Source: Anthoceros angustus (lineage: Eukaryota > Plantae > Anthocerotophyta). Taken from it: DNA of 64,000 nt. The stretch covers positions 78,024 to 142,023 of the forward strand of contig VJWM01000280.1 of the NCBI GenBank assembly GCA_010909165.1, in the 5' to 3' direction. Shown one piece after another: positions 25,909 to 38,462 of the stretch; within the stretch, counting starts at the first letter, position 1; every line of letters starts with the position of its first letter. Below the pieces are notes generated by a model. The model was not told the DNA's origin. It did not search any database and saw only the letters and a program-made list of their open reading frames with translations. The position numbers were made by a program, and so were the translations under genes.

Positions 25909-27150
25909 CGGCATCCTTGGACTTTGGCCTCACAAATTTTTCCACAAAGTTCTTCTTTCTCGCCGGACGCCAAGAGTCCGCCTGCGCCTCGGGACGGGGA
26001 GTCTGCCGTCCTATTGGCGCACTCCGACACCAGAAGGCCAAGATGCACGGAGTCCGTCGGCCTACCCGCACGATCGAGCCTCCCACTCCCCAATGCGACG
26101 CTCTCGGCCCACGGTTTAGGGTTATCGGGCCTACCACTCCCGAGTCGCCGTCCTTCGGCCCTCCCGTGAGACTTCTCACCGGTGAGTGCACGATGGCGTC
26201 GTGCAATCCCGACCAGAATCGGTGAAGCTTGAGAAACCGTTTTAATTTTGAAAGTGTTTCGTAGAAAGGGCCTATGTAAATTAGCCTACTTGTACCAAAT
26301 ATCAAAGGCTATCGCATCAAGCTATGTTGGAGCTTGAAATGACAACTTGCATGCAGAGAAGGAAAATCAAGTCAACCAAGAACAACCTTTAGACTAAACC
26401 ACATCCTTGTAGAGGCGGTGAAAACCAAGCGTGGGATGAAAACAATCACTACTATTCAAGTTTTGAAAAGGGTGGAGACCCCATTAAAAGCGTTGAGCGT
26501 TTTTAGAGGACTTAACTTTCTCAAGGAGAAGCTCTTTTGCCCACCAAAATTTTCAAACCTCCTAGGAGCAAAGATTTGCATAGTACTAAATTGCAATCAA
26601 GAATGTAGGTCGCTAGAATGAAGGTGGCGATAGTCTAAAATCTTATGTGAAACGAGTCATGTCCATGCACACGATGTTTGATTTAACGTAAGCAAAAATC
26701 TTGTCACTAAAGGGCGTGGACGACGAAGGTCTTTTTCCAATCCATGAAGTCCATCGGCAAACCTTTAACTTTGCATGGTCGGGAGTGTGCATGAGTGTAA
26801 GTGTTGGGAATGCGTGTTGACGATGCCGACCGTGGAATGCGGCGGATGTATGGATGGGCGCGGTCGGATGCATAGGATTCAAACATTGATTAATGGAGGG
26901 AGTCTCGGTCACGGCAGCTATGTCGACTATGTGCGACGCGACATACTCCTCACATCATTCTTGGCACGGGACAAACATTTGACCCCTTGCTCAAAGAATA
27001 CATAACAAATTTGGCCGTCATAATGCACATCCTATTGATACATTTAATTTTACGTAGTGAGAAAAAGTCACGACCATGCTGCATGCTAGTATGTGAGCTA
27101 CAACATGAGCTATTTGATTGAAGGCAAGTTCAAGGCGCATAATCTAAGGC

Positions 27151-27417
27151 TCAATTCACGAGCTCTTCCAAACAAAAATTCCCACTTTGCAAAACCATGC
27201 ATTTATAACGGATGCATGCGGACGCAAAAATCGGTAAGTGCTCTTGAGCGTACTCACCGCCACATTACATGCGTCGGCAATGCTCTTGAGCGAGCTGCAG
27301 TTCCCTCGAGATCTTACACTATGTATATAACTCCGCGGTGACCGTGTGGGAGCTTGGATATCGAATTTTTGTTTTCCGAGGGCACTCAGAAAGACAGCCT
27401 CGTGACTTTCCTTGCGC
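27151..27417 (-). pseudogene. TFIIB-like C-terminal fragment
   Basis: Cyclin repeat 2 only. Confidence 0.7.
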
Positions 27418-28560
27418 ACTCCCGCACACAGAAGGCCAAGATGCACGGAGTCCGTCGGCCTACCCGCACGATCGAGCCTCCCACTCCCCAATGCGACGCT
27501 CTCGGCCCACGGTTTAGGGTTATCGGGCCTACCACTCCCGAGTGCGCCGTCCTTCGGCCCTCCCGTGAGACTTCTCACCGGTGAGTGCACGATGGCGTCG
27601 TGCAATCCCGACCAGAATCGTGAAGCTTGAGAAACCGTTTTAATTTTTGAAAGTGTTTCGTAGAAAGGGCCTATGTAAATTAGCCTACTTGTACCAAATA
27701 TCAAAGGCTATCGCATCAAGCTATGTTGGAGCTTGAAATGACAACTTGCATGCAGAGAAGGAAATCAAGTCAACCAAGAACAACCTTTAGACTAAACCAC
27801 ATCCTTGTAGAGGGTGAAAACCAAGCGTGGGATGAAAACAATCACTACTATTCAAGTTTTGAAAAGGGTGGAGACCCCATTAAAAGCGTTGAGCGTTTTT
27901 AGAGGACTTAACTTTCTCAAGGAGAAGCTCTTTTGCCCACCAAAATTTTCAAACCTCCTAGGAGCAAAGATTTGCATAGTACTAAATTGCAATCAAGAAT
28001 GTAGGTCGCTAGAATGAAGGTGGCGATAGTCTAAAATCTTATGTGAAACGAGTCATGTCCATGCACACGATGTTTGATTTAACGTAAGCAAAAATCTTGT
28101 CACTAAAGGACGGACGAGCGGTCTTTTTCCAATCCATGAAGTCCATCGGCGGCAAACCTTTAACTTTGCATGGTCGGGAGTGTGCATGAGTGTAAGTGTT
28201 GGGAATGCGTGTTGACGATGCTGACCGTGGAATGCGATGCCGGATGTATGGATGGGCGCGGGTCGGATGCATAGGATTCAAACATTGACAGTTAATGGAG
28301 GGAGTCTCTGGTCACGGCAGCTATGTCGACTATGTGCGACGCGACATACTCCTCACATCATTCTTGGCACCCGGGGACAAACATTTGACCCCCTTGCTTC
28401 AGCAAGCATAACAAATTTGGCCGTCATAATGCACACAGTGTATTGATACATTTAATTTTACGTAGTGAGAAAAAGTCACCATATGTCAGATGCTAGTATG
28501 TGAGCACAAGCACAAATGAGCTATTTGATTGAAGGCAAGTTCACGAGCATAATCTAAGGC

Positions 28561-29394
28561 TCAATTCACGAGCTCTTCCAAACAAAAATTCCCACTTTGC
28601 AAAACCATGCCGGTACTATAACGGATGCATGCGGACGCAAAAATCGGTAAGTGCTCTTGAGCGTACTCACCGCCACATTACATGCGTCGGCAATGCTCTT
28701 GAGCGAGCCGCGGTTCCCTCGAGATCTTGCTGCACCATGTATATAACTCCGCGGTGACCGATCGCGGGGAGCTTGGATATCGAATTTTTGTTTTCCGAGG
28801 GCACTCACAGCTTGAAAGATGCTCTACTTTCCTTGCGCACTGAACAAAACAGGTCTGCAAAATCCTTGGGCCGGATAGCTTTGGGCCACACGGCGGATTT
28901 CCTGCGCGGCTGCGCACGGCCCTCATTTCTAGGAGGTCCACCAACTTCCCAACAACCCCTGGTCAAGGCTATAGCTGCAGTACCCAAAGCCTCGTAGATT
29001 TCTTGCATTGACCGAGGAGTCCTTTCTTCTTTACAAGCCACGTACATAGCAGCAGCCACATCGTCTCTTCACAACTCCCTTTTCTCAAGACCCTCGCCTT
29101 CTTGTACAAGGAACTTGCCAATACCGCGTGTTGTGCACAATTCTCATTCTTCTGAGCTCAAATCCTATCAAAGGCGGATATCGTCGCCGTCATGAGTGGG
29201 AACCCGTGCATTCGTGTTCGCAGTGTGGATGCAACCCATTTTTCCTTTGCTGTAGTGCGGATGCAAGTGGTTAGGCCAGCATGGTCGAGCAAGTCATCCG
29301 TGTAGAGACGTCCCACACGCTCCTTCTCCTCGTGCTCGGTGTCATTATCGAACTTCCTATATTCCAAGGTTTCGTCGATACGACGTTCTTCTAA
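28561..29394 (-). pseudogene. TFIIB-like copy with Zn ribbon replaced by foreign sequence
   Basis: Homology stops at CGACGTTCTTCTAA|GTGTTC. Confidence 0.75.
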
Positions 29395-29600
29395 GTGTTC
29401 TCAGTGCGTCCTCCGGCACGCCTCCGTCCTCAGTCCTTGATCCTCGACCAACTCAAATGAGCTAAACACTCCCCTCTGCTTACATATATAGGGTGAGGAG
29501 GATTTTCCACACCCAAAGGCCAAGGACGAAATTTCCCTGTCAAAGGCCAAGGACCTTTTCCCCCTTGGACGTTAGAATTCCTCAACCACGAAGGCCAAGG
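29395..29600. repeat. Foreign ~205 bp TATA-containing segment with GGCCAAGGA repeats; second copy at 32080-32290 (possible LTR fragment)
   Basis: Two near-identical copies, both fused to TFIIB at the same junction. Confidence 0.6.
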
Positions 29601-31543
29601 AACAATCATCCTTGGATTTCGTCATCCCCTTTTTTCCCCTTAAATTCGCCCCCACTTCCTTGAGGTTGATTCCGTCCTTGGACTTTGGCCTCACAAATTT
29701 TTCCACAAAGTTCTTCTTTCTCGCCGGACGCCAAGAGTCCGCTAGCCTACTTGCGCCTCGGACGCCGGAGTCCGTCCTATTGGCGCACTCCGACACCAGA
29801 AGGCCAAGATGCACGGAGTCCGGCCTGCCCTACCCGCACGATCGAGCCTCCCACTCCCCAATGCGACGCTCTCGGCCCACGGTTTAGGGTTATCGGGCCT
29901 ACCACTCCCGAGTCGCCGTCCTTCGGCCCTCCCGTGAGACTTCTCACCGGTGAGTGCACGATGGCGTCGTGCAATCCCGACCAGAATCGGTGAAGCTTGA
30001 GAAACCGTTTTAATTTTGAAAGTGTTTCGTAGAAAGGGCCTATGTAAATTAGCCTACTTGTACCAAATATCAAAGGCTATCGCATCAAGCTATGTTGGAG
30101 CTTGAAATGACAACTTGCATGCAGAGAAGGAAAATCAAGTCAACCAAGAACAACCTTTAGACTAAACCACATCCTTGTAGAGGCGGTGAAAACCAAGCGT
30201 GGGATGAAAACAATCACTACTATTCAAGTTTTGAAAAGGGTGGAGACCCCATTAAAAGCGTTGAGCGTTTTTAGAGGACTTAACTTTCTCAAGGAGAAGC
30301 TCTTTTGCCCACCAAAATTTTCAAACCTCCTAGGAGCAAAGATTTGCATAGTACTAAATTGCAATCAAGAATGTAGGTCGCTAGAATGAAGGTGGCGATA
30401 GTCTAAAATCTTATGTGAAACGAGTCATGTCCATGCACACGATGTTTGATTTAACGTAAGCAAAAATCTTGTCACTAAAGGGCGTGGACGACGAAGGTCT
30501 TTTTCAATCCATGAAGTCCATCGGCAAACCTTTAACTTTGCATGGTCGGGAGTGTGCATGAGTGTAAGTGTTGGGAATGCGTGTTGACGATGCCGACCGT
30601 GGAATGCGGCGGATGTATGGATGGGCGCGGTCGGATGCATAGGATTCAAACATTGATTAATGGAGGGAGTCTCGTCACGGCAGCTATGTCGACTATGTGC
30701 GACGCGACATACTCCTCACATCATTCTTGGCACCGGGACAAACATTTGACCCCTTGCTTGAAGCATAACAAATTGGCCGTCATAATGCACATCTATTGAT
30801 ACATTTAATTTTACGTAGTGAGAAAAAGTCACGACCATCTTGCATGCTAGTATGTGAGCAAGCACATGAGCTATTTGATTGAAGGCAAGTTCACGCGATA
30901 ATCTAAGGCTCAATTCACGAGCTCTTCCAAACAAAAATTCCCACTTTGCAAAACCATGCCGGTACTATAACGGATGCATGCGGACGCAAAAATCGGTAAG
31001 TGCTCTTGAGCGTACTCACCGCCACATTACATGCGTCGGCAATGCTCTTGGCGTCTATCCCTCCGATGAGCATCTTTGAGAGCTTCCTCGGAAGGTCGAC
31101 CACCAACGCTCTTTCCATCTTCATTCCTCCGTGAGCCACCCCATCACTCTCGGTTTCGGCCTCCCATACACCTTTCGAATGTGCCGATCCATCCCCTTCG
31201 GATCCGCCCGCACGCCTTCCTCCAGTCCTCTGCTTTCCCTCCGTCGAGCTCAGCAAGACTCAACCAATTCCACATTAGAATAGGCCCAATGCCTATCGAA
31301 CCCATCGAGCTGCAGTACCCAAAGCCTCGTAGATTTCTTGCATTGACCGAGGAGTCCTTTCTTCTTTCTCGAAGGAGAAGCTCTTTTGCCCACCAAAATT
31401 TTTCCACAAAGTTCTTCTTTCTTCTTTCTTCTTTCTTCTTTCTTCTTTCTTCTTCTCCTTTTTGTGACGCTCCCTCCTTCTTCTGGGCCTTGCGCACTCC
31501 TCCGATCACGGCCTTCATCTCCGCCTTTCCACATAACTTCTCC

Positions 31544-32079
31544 AAAATCCTTGGGCCGGATAGCTTTGGGCCACACGGCGGATTTCCTGCGCGGCTGCGC
31601 ACGGCCCTCATTTCTAGGAGGTCCACCAACTTCCCAACAACCCCTGGTCAAGGCTATAGCTGCAGTACCCAAAGCCTCGTAGATTTCTTGCATTGACCGA
31701 GGAGTCCTTTCTTCTTTACAAGCCACGTACATAGCAGCAGCCACATCGTCTCTTCACAACTCCCTTTTCTCAAGACCCTCGCCTTCTTGTACAAGGAACT
31801 TGCCAATACCGCGTGTTGTGCACAATTCTCATTCTTTCTGCGAGCTCAAATCCTATCAAAGGCGGATATCGTCGCCGTCATGAGTGGGAACCCGTGCATT
31901 CGTGGCAGGTGTGATGCAACCCATTTTTCCTTTGCTGTAGTGCGGATGCAAGTGGTTAGGCCAGCATGGTCGAGCAAGTCATCCGTGTAGAGACGTCCCA
32001 CACGCTCCTTCTCCTCGTGCTCGGTGTCATTATCGAACTTCCTATATTCCAAGGTTTCGCCGACACGACGTTCTTCTAA
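31544..32079 (-). pseudogene. Internal TFIIB-like fragment
   Basis: Runs from the B-reader to the start of cyclin repeat 2. Same foreign junction as at 29394. Confidence 0.7.
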
Positions 32080-32427
32080 GTGTTCTCAGTGCGTCCTCCG
32101 GCACGCCTCCGTCCTCAGTCCTTGATCCTCGACCAACTCAAATGAGCTAAACACTCCCCTCTGCTTACATATATAGGGTGAGGAGGATTTTCCACACCCA
32201 AAGGCCAAGGACGAAATTTTCCCTGTCAAAGGCCAAGGACCTTTTCCCCCTTGGACGTTAGAATTCCTCAACCACGAAGGCCAAGGAAGAAATTTTTCCA
32301 TTTGTTCACCAATTGCAAAGCCCAAGGAAGAAAAATCAGCGAGACATGCAAAAGGTCGACCCGCCGCCACGTCATGACCCTAACCGCCGATGTCTTCCTT
32401 TGTCCAAAACCCTCGAGGCCAGAGACG

Positions 32428-33012
32428 CGATTTCCTCGCGGGCTCGTCATGCACGGCCCTCATTTCTAGGAGGTCCACCAACTTCCCAACAACCCCTGGT
32501 CAAGGCTATAGCTGCAGTACCCAAAGCCTCGTAGATTTCTTGCATTGACCGAGGAGTCCTTTCTTCTTTACAAGCCACGTACATAGCGCAGCCACATCGT
32601 CTCTTCACAACTCCCTTTTCTCAAGACCCTCGCCTTCTTGTACAAGGAACTTGCCAATACCGCGTGTTGTGCACAATTCTCATTCTTCTGCGAGCTCGAA
32701 ATCCTATCAAAGGCGGATATCAGTGCCGTCATGAGTGGGAACCCGTGCATTCGTGTTCGCAGTGTGGATGCAACCCATTTTTCCTTTGCTGTAGTGCGGA
32801 TGCAAGTGGTTAGGCCAGCATGGTCGAGCAAGTCATCCGTACGTAGACGTCCACACGCTCCTTCTCCTCGTGCTCGGTGTCATTATCGAACTTCCTATAT
32901 TCCAAGGTTTCGCCGACACGACGTTCTTCTAACACTAGACCGCACTGCAAATGCTCTCTGCACTGTCCTCATAAATCTGTCTTTATCTTGCACTCTAGAC
33001 ATTTCACTCCAT
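32428..33012 (-). pseudogene. TFIIB-like 5' two-thirds
   Basis: ATG at 33012 through cyclin repeat 1. Confidence 0.7.
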
Positions 33013-33378
33013 ATTCTCTGTCACGAGATAATTAAAAAGTGGAATGTGTAGCCTTGAAATCGTTAACCCACGAGGGCTTTGGACAATGAGTGACTAAGCA
33101 CAATGATTGTTTTTCAAACAAGAAAGGATTCCAGTGACCTTGAACCTTGACACCTTACGAGGGCTTGTCCAATGTTTATGAATATATGTAAGTCGCATCC
33201 CTCATTTATATACCCAAGTTTTCCTTGGCCCTTGGGAATCTTACGTGGAATTTTGCATCCCGAAACCCCTAATTACCATGGGCCAAGGAACAATCATCCT
33301 TGGATTTCGTCATCCCTTTTTTTCCCCCTTAAATTCGCCCACTTCCTTGAGGTTGATTCCGTCCTTGGACTTTGGCCT

Positions 33379-33902
33379 CACAACTCCCTTTTCTCAAGAC
33401 CCTCGCCTTCTTGTACAAGGAACTTGCCAATACCGCGTGTTGTGCACAATTCTCATTCTTTCTCGAGGCCTCTCGCTGGCGTCTTCCTGGAGTAGAACCT
33501 TACTCCGCATGTTCGGGATGCGGGCGGGAGTGACTGGCGCCGCCATGGGCCGGCACCAACCCTCCTTTTCTGCGAGCTCGAAATCCTATCAAAGGCGGAT
33601 ATCAGTGCCGTCATGAGTGGGAACCCGTGCATTCGTGTTCCAGGTGGATGCAACCCATTTTTCCTTTGCTGTAGTGCGGATGCAAGTGGTTAGGCCAGCA
33701 TGGTCGAGCAAGTCATCCGTAATGTAGGGACGCCCCACACGCTCCTTCTCCTCGTGCTCGGTGTCATTATCGAACTTCCTATATTCCAAGGTTTCGCCGA
33801 CACGACGTTCTTCTAACACTAGACCGCACCTGCAAATGCCGCATCTGCACTGCTGTCCTCATAAATCTGTCTTTATCTTGCACTCTAGACATTTCACTCC
33901 AT
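33379..33902 (-). pseudogene. TFIIB-like 5' fragment interrupted by a ~105 bp foreign segment (33463-33570)
   Basis: ORF 33589-33819. The insert is also found at 36627-36735. Confidence 0.65.
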
Positions 33903-36249
33903 ATTCTCGGTGTCACGAGATAATTAAAAAGTGGAATGTGTAGCCTTGAAATCGTTAACCCACGAGGGCTTTGGACAATGAGTGACTAAGCACAATGATT
34001 GTTTTTCAAACAAGAAAGGATTCCACGTGACCTTGAACCTTGACACCTTACGAGGGCTTGTCCAATGTTTATGAATATATGTAAGTCGCATCCCTCATTT
34101 ATATACCCAAGTTTTCCTTGGCCCTTGGGAATCTTACGTGGAATTTTGCATCCCGAAACCCCTAATTACCATGGGCCAAGGAACAATCATCCTTGGATTT
34201 CGTCATCCCTTTTTTTCCCCCTTAAATTCGCCCCACTTCCTTCGAGGTTGATTCCGTCCTTGGACTTTGGCCTCACAAATTTTTCCACAAAGTTCTTCTT
34301 TCTCGAGCCGGACGCCAAGAGTCCGCTAGCCTACTTGCGCCCTCGGACGCCGGAGTCTGCCGTCCTATTGGCGCACTCCGACACCCGCAAGGCCAAGATG
34401 CACGGAGTCCGCCGGCCTACCCGCACGATCGAGCCTCCCACTCCCCAATGCGACGCTCTCGGCCCACGGTTTAGGGTTATCGGGCCTACCACTCCCGAGT
34501 GCGCCGTCCTTTCGGCCCTTGTGAACCTCCTCTCGTAGCGTAAACTTTCCGGACCTCACTGTCCGGACCTCAATCCTTCGGCCCACGGTTTAGGGTTTCA
34601 CAAGTTTAGGATTTCATCCCTTTTTTTCCCCCTTAAATTCGCCCCACTTCCTTCGAGGTTGATTCCGTCCTTGGACTTTGGCCTCACAACTTCTTGCTGT
34701 CTTCCGTCGATTACATTGGTGAAAAAGAAAAAGAAAAATAAAACCTAACTAATATGAACAAAACTAAGAGGCATCCGCCTCTTCTAACACTAGACCGCAC
34801 CTCTGCAAATGCCGCCTGCACTGTCCTCATAAATCTGTCTTTATCTTGCACTCTAGACATTTCACTCCATATTCTACCGTCCCGAGATAATTAAAAAGTG
34901 GAATGTGTAGCCTTGAAATCGTTAACCCACGAGGGCTTTGGACAATGAGTGACTAAGCACAATGATTGTTTTTCAAACAAGAAAGGATTCCAGTGACCTT
35001 GAACCTTGACACCTTACGAGGGCTTGTCCAATGTTTATGAATATATGTAAGTCGCATCCCTCATTTATATACCCAAGTTTTCCTTGGCCCTTGGGAATCT
35101 TACGTGGAATTTTGCATCCCGAAACCCCTAATTACCATGGGCCAAGGAACAATCATCCTTGGATTTCGTCATCCCTTTTTTTCCCCCTTAAATTCGCCCA
35201 CTTCCTTCGAGGTTGATTCCGTCCTTGGACTTTGGCCTCACAAATTTTTCCACAAAGTTCTTCTTTCTCGCCGGACGCCAAGAGTCCGCTAGCCTACTTG
35301 CGCCCTCGGACGCCGGAGTCTGCCGTCCTATTGGCGCACTCCGACACCCGCAAGGCCAAGATGCACGGAGTCCGCCGGCCTACCCGCACGATCGAGCCTC
35401 CCACTCCCCAATGCGACGCTCTCGGCCCACGGTTTAGGGTTATCGGGCCTACCACTCCCGAGGCGCCGTCCTTTCGGCCCTCCCGTGAGACTTCTCACCG
35501 GTGAGTGCACGATGTCGTGCAATCCCGACCAGAATCGGTGAAGCTTGAGAAACCGTTTTAATTTTTGAAAGTGTTTAGAAAGGGCCTATGTAAATTAGCC
35601 TACTTGTACCAAATATCAAAGGCTATCGCATCAAGCTATGTTGGAGCTTGAAATGACAACTTGCATGCAGAGAAGGAAATCAAGTCAACCAAGAACAACC
35701 TTTAGACTAAACCACATCCTTGTAGAGGCGGTGAAAACCAAGCGTGGGATGAAAACAATCACTACTATTCAAGTTTTGAAAAGGGTGGAGACCCCATTAA
35801 AAGCGTTGAGCGTTTTTAGAGGACTTAACTTTCTCTCAAGGAGAAGCTCTTTTGCCCACCAAAATTTGGCGTTCCACATGCCCCCTCCCACTCCCCAATG
35901 CGACGCTCTCGGCCCACGGTTTAGGGTTATCGGGCCTACCACTCCCGAGGCGCCGTCCTTTCGGCCCTCCCGTGAGACTTCTCACCGGTGAGTGCACGAT
36001 GTCGTGCAATCCCGACCAGAATCGTGAAGCTTGAGAAACCGTTTTAATTTTTGAAAGTGTTTCGTAGAAAGGGCCTATGTAAATTAGCCTACTTGTACCA
36101 AATATCAAAGGCTATCGCATCAAGCTATGTTGGAGCTTGAAATGACAACTTGCATGCAGAGAAGGAAATCAAGTCAACCAAGAACAACCTTTAGACTAAA
36201 CCACATCCTTGTAGAGGCGGTGAAAACCAAGCGTGGGATGAAAACAATC

Positions 36250-36535
36250 ACTTCTCTCTTTGAAGCTTCCCGTCATGTCGATGCTTCCGTTGTTCTTAGT
36301 TTTGTAGGTCTCCTCAAATTGCCTCTTCTCGGTCCTCCTCAGCCCCAAAGTCGCGAAAGCCTCAATCCTGTGTTTATTTGTCCTCCACAGTCATCCTTAC
36401 ATCCTCCATGATTCGATGTGTTGGAATCTCAAACTCAATTAGTAACACTGGTGACATCCAGTAGGTCGGATAGTAGGCGTTCGTTTATGGTTACCTTCAG
36501 GCTGTCCGATATGCCCAAGTCTTTGAATGAAGCTT
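36250..36535 (-). mobile_element. Duplicate of the Gypsy integrase C-terminal fragment at 38178-38462
   Basis: Near-identical sequence. Confidence 0.7.
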
Positions 36536-36727
36536 GTGTGTGTGTGTGGCAGCACCTTAGTCAACTCTCGCCTTTGGCCTCGCTGCACCACCTCGCTGGC
36601 GCTGGAATTTTGCGGCGCAGCAACTCGAGGCCTCTCGCTGGCGTCTTCCTGGAGTAGAACCTTACTCCGCATGTTCGGGATGCGGGCGGGAGTGACTGGC
36701 GCCGCCATGGGCCGGCACCAACCCTCC

Positions 36728-37064
36728 TTTTCTGCGAGCTCGAAATCCTATCAAAGGCGATATATCAGTGCCGTGAGTGGGAACCCGTGCATTCGTGTTC
36801 CAGGTGGATGCAACCCATTTTTCCTTTGCTCAGTAGTGCGGATGCAAGTGGTTAGGCCAGCATGGTCGAGCAAGTCATCCGTAATGTAGGGACGCCCCAC
36901 ACGCTCCTTCTCCTCGTGCTCGGTGTCATTATCGAACTTCCTATATTCCAAGGTTTCGCCGACACGACGTTCTTCTAACACTAGACCGCACCTGCAAATG
37001 CCGCATCTGCACTGCTGTCCTCATAAATCTGTCTTTATCTTGCACTCTAGACATTTCACTCCAT
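36728..37064 (-). pseudogene. TFIIB-like N-terminal fragment
   Basis: ORF 36751-36981. Confidence 0.7.
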
Positions 37065-37679
37065 ATTCTCGGTGTCACGAGATAATTAAAAAGTGGAATG
37101 TGTAGCCTTGAAATCGTTAACCCACGAGGGCTTTGGACAATGAGTGACTAAGCACAATGATTGTTTTTCAAACAAGAAAGGATTCCAGTGACCTTGAACC
37201 TTGACACCTTACGAGGGCTTGTCCAATGTTTATGAATATATGTAAGTCGCATCCCTCATTTATATACCCAAGTTTTCCTTGGCCCTTGGGAATCTTACGT
37301 GGAATTTTGCATCCCGAAACCCCTAATTACCATGGGCCAAGGAACAATCATCCTTGGATTTCGTCATCCCTTTTTTTCCCCCTTAAATTCGCCCACTTCC
37401 TTCGAGGTTGATTCCGTCCTTGGACTTTGGCCTCACAAATTTTTCCACAAAGTTCTTCTTTCTCGAGCCGGACGCCAAGAGTCCGCTAGCCTACTTGCGC
37501 CCTCGGACGCCGGAGTCTGCCGTCCTATTGGCGCACTCCGACACCCGCAAGGCCAAGATGCACGGAGTCCGGCTGGCCTACCCGCACGATCGAGCCTCCC
37601 ACTCCCCAATGCGACGCTCTCGGCCCACGGTTTAGGGTTATCGGGCCTACCACTCCCGAGTGCCGTCCTTTCGGCCCTT

Positions 37680-38462
37680 GTGAACCTCCTCTCGTAGCGT
37701 AAACTTTCCGGACCTCACTGTCCGGACCTCAATCCTTCGGCCCGTTGGACCCATTTTGAATCCGTTTTCCTCCTTACATCACCGTCCGGTCGGGGGCTGC
37801 AAAATCTGTCCGCCCTTCTCAACTCACAACTTCTTGCTGTCTTCCGTCGATTACATTGGTGAAAAAGAAAAAGAAAAATAAAACCTAACTAATATGAACA
37901 AAACTAAGAGGCATCCGCCTCTTCTAACCGTGGACCCAAAATTTGGTTCCACATGCCCCCTCCCACTTGTTTGCGTCCACGCAAACAACGGACTCAAAGT
38001 GAAAATACTTCTTGACCTTCCAGCCCATTCAGCGTCGATAGGGGGTCTCCATCAAGACTACGCTGGAATGAGACCCCATTCTCCTTACCTCCTCAACCTT
38101 GTAGGGTCCCATCCACCTCAATCTCAACTTTCACTGGAAAATCTAAGTATCGGTCCGTCATCAAATCTCCAACAATCACTTCTCTCTTTGAAGCTTCCCG
38201 TCATGTCGATGCTTCCGTTGTTCTTAGTTTTGTAGGTCTCCTCAAATTGCCTCTTCTCGGTCCTCCTCAGCCCAAAGTCGCGAAAGCCTCAATCCTGTGT
38301 TTATTTGTCCTCCACAGTCATCCTTACATCCTCCATGATTCGATGTGTTGGAATCTCAAACTCAATTAGTAACACTGGTGACATCCAGTAGGTCGGATAG
38401 TAGGCGTTCGTTTATGGTTACCTTCAGGCTGTCCGATATGCCCAAAGTCTTTGAATGAAGCT
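37680..38462 (-). mobile_element. Ty3/Gypsy 3' end: integrase C-terminus (GPY/F motif), PPT and start of 3' LTR (TG at 37953); LTR pieces also at 34519-34790
   Basis: The minus strand encodes ..RWMGPYKVEEVRENG...NG..VKKYF across frameshifts, then GGGAGGGGGCA|TGTGGAACC. Confidence 0.75.

Noticed and set aside
31050-31545. Unique segment with 161-206 aa ORFs
   Set aside because: It is a mosaic of TFIIB pieces, a (CTT)n tract and an unassigned fragment, with no coherent domain I can support.
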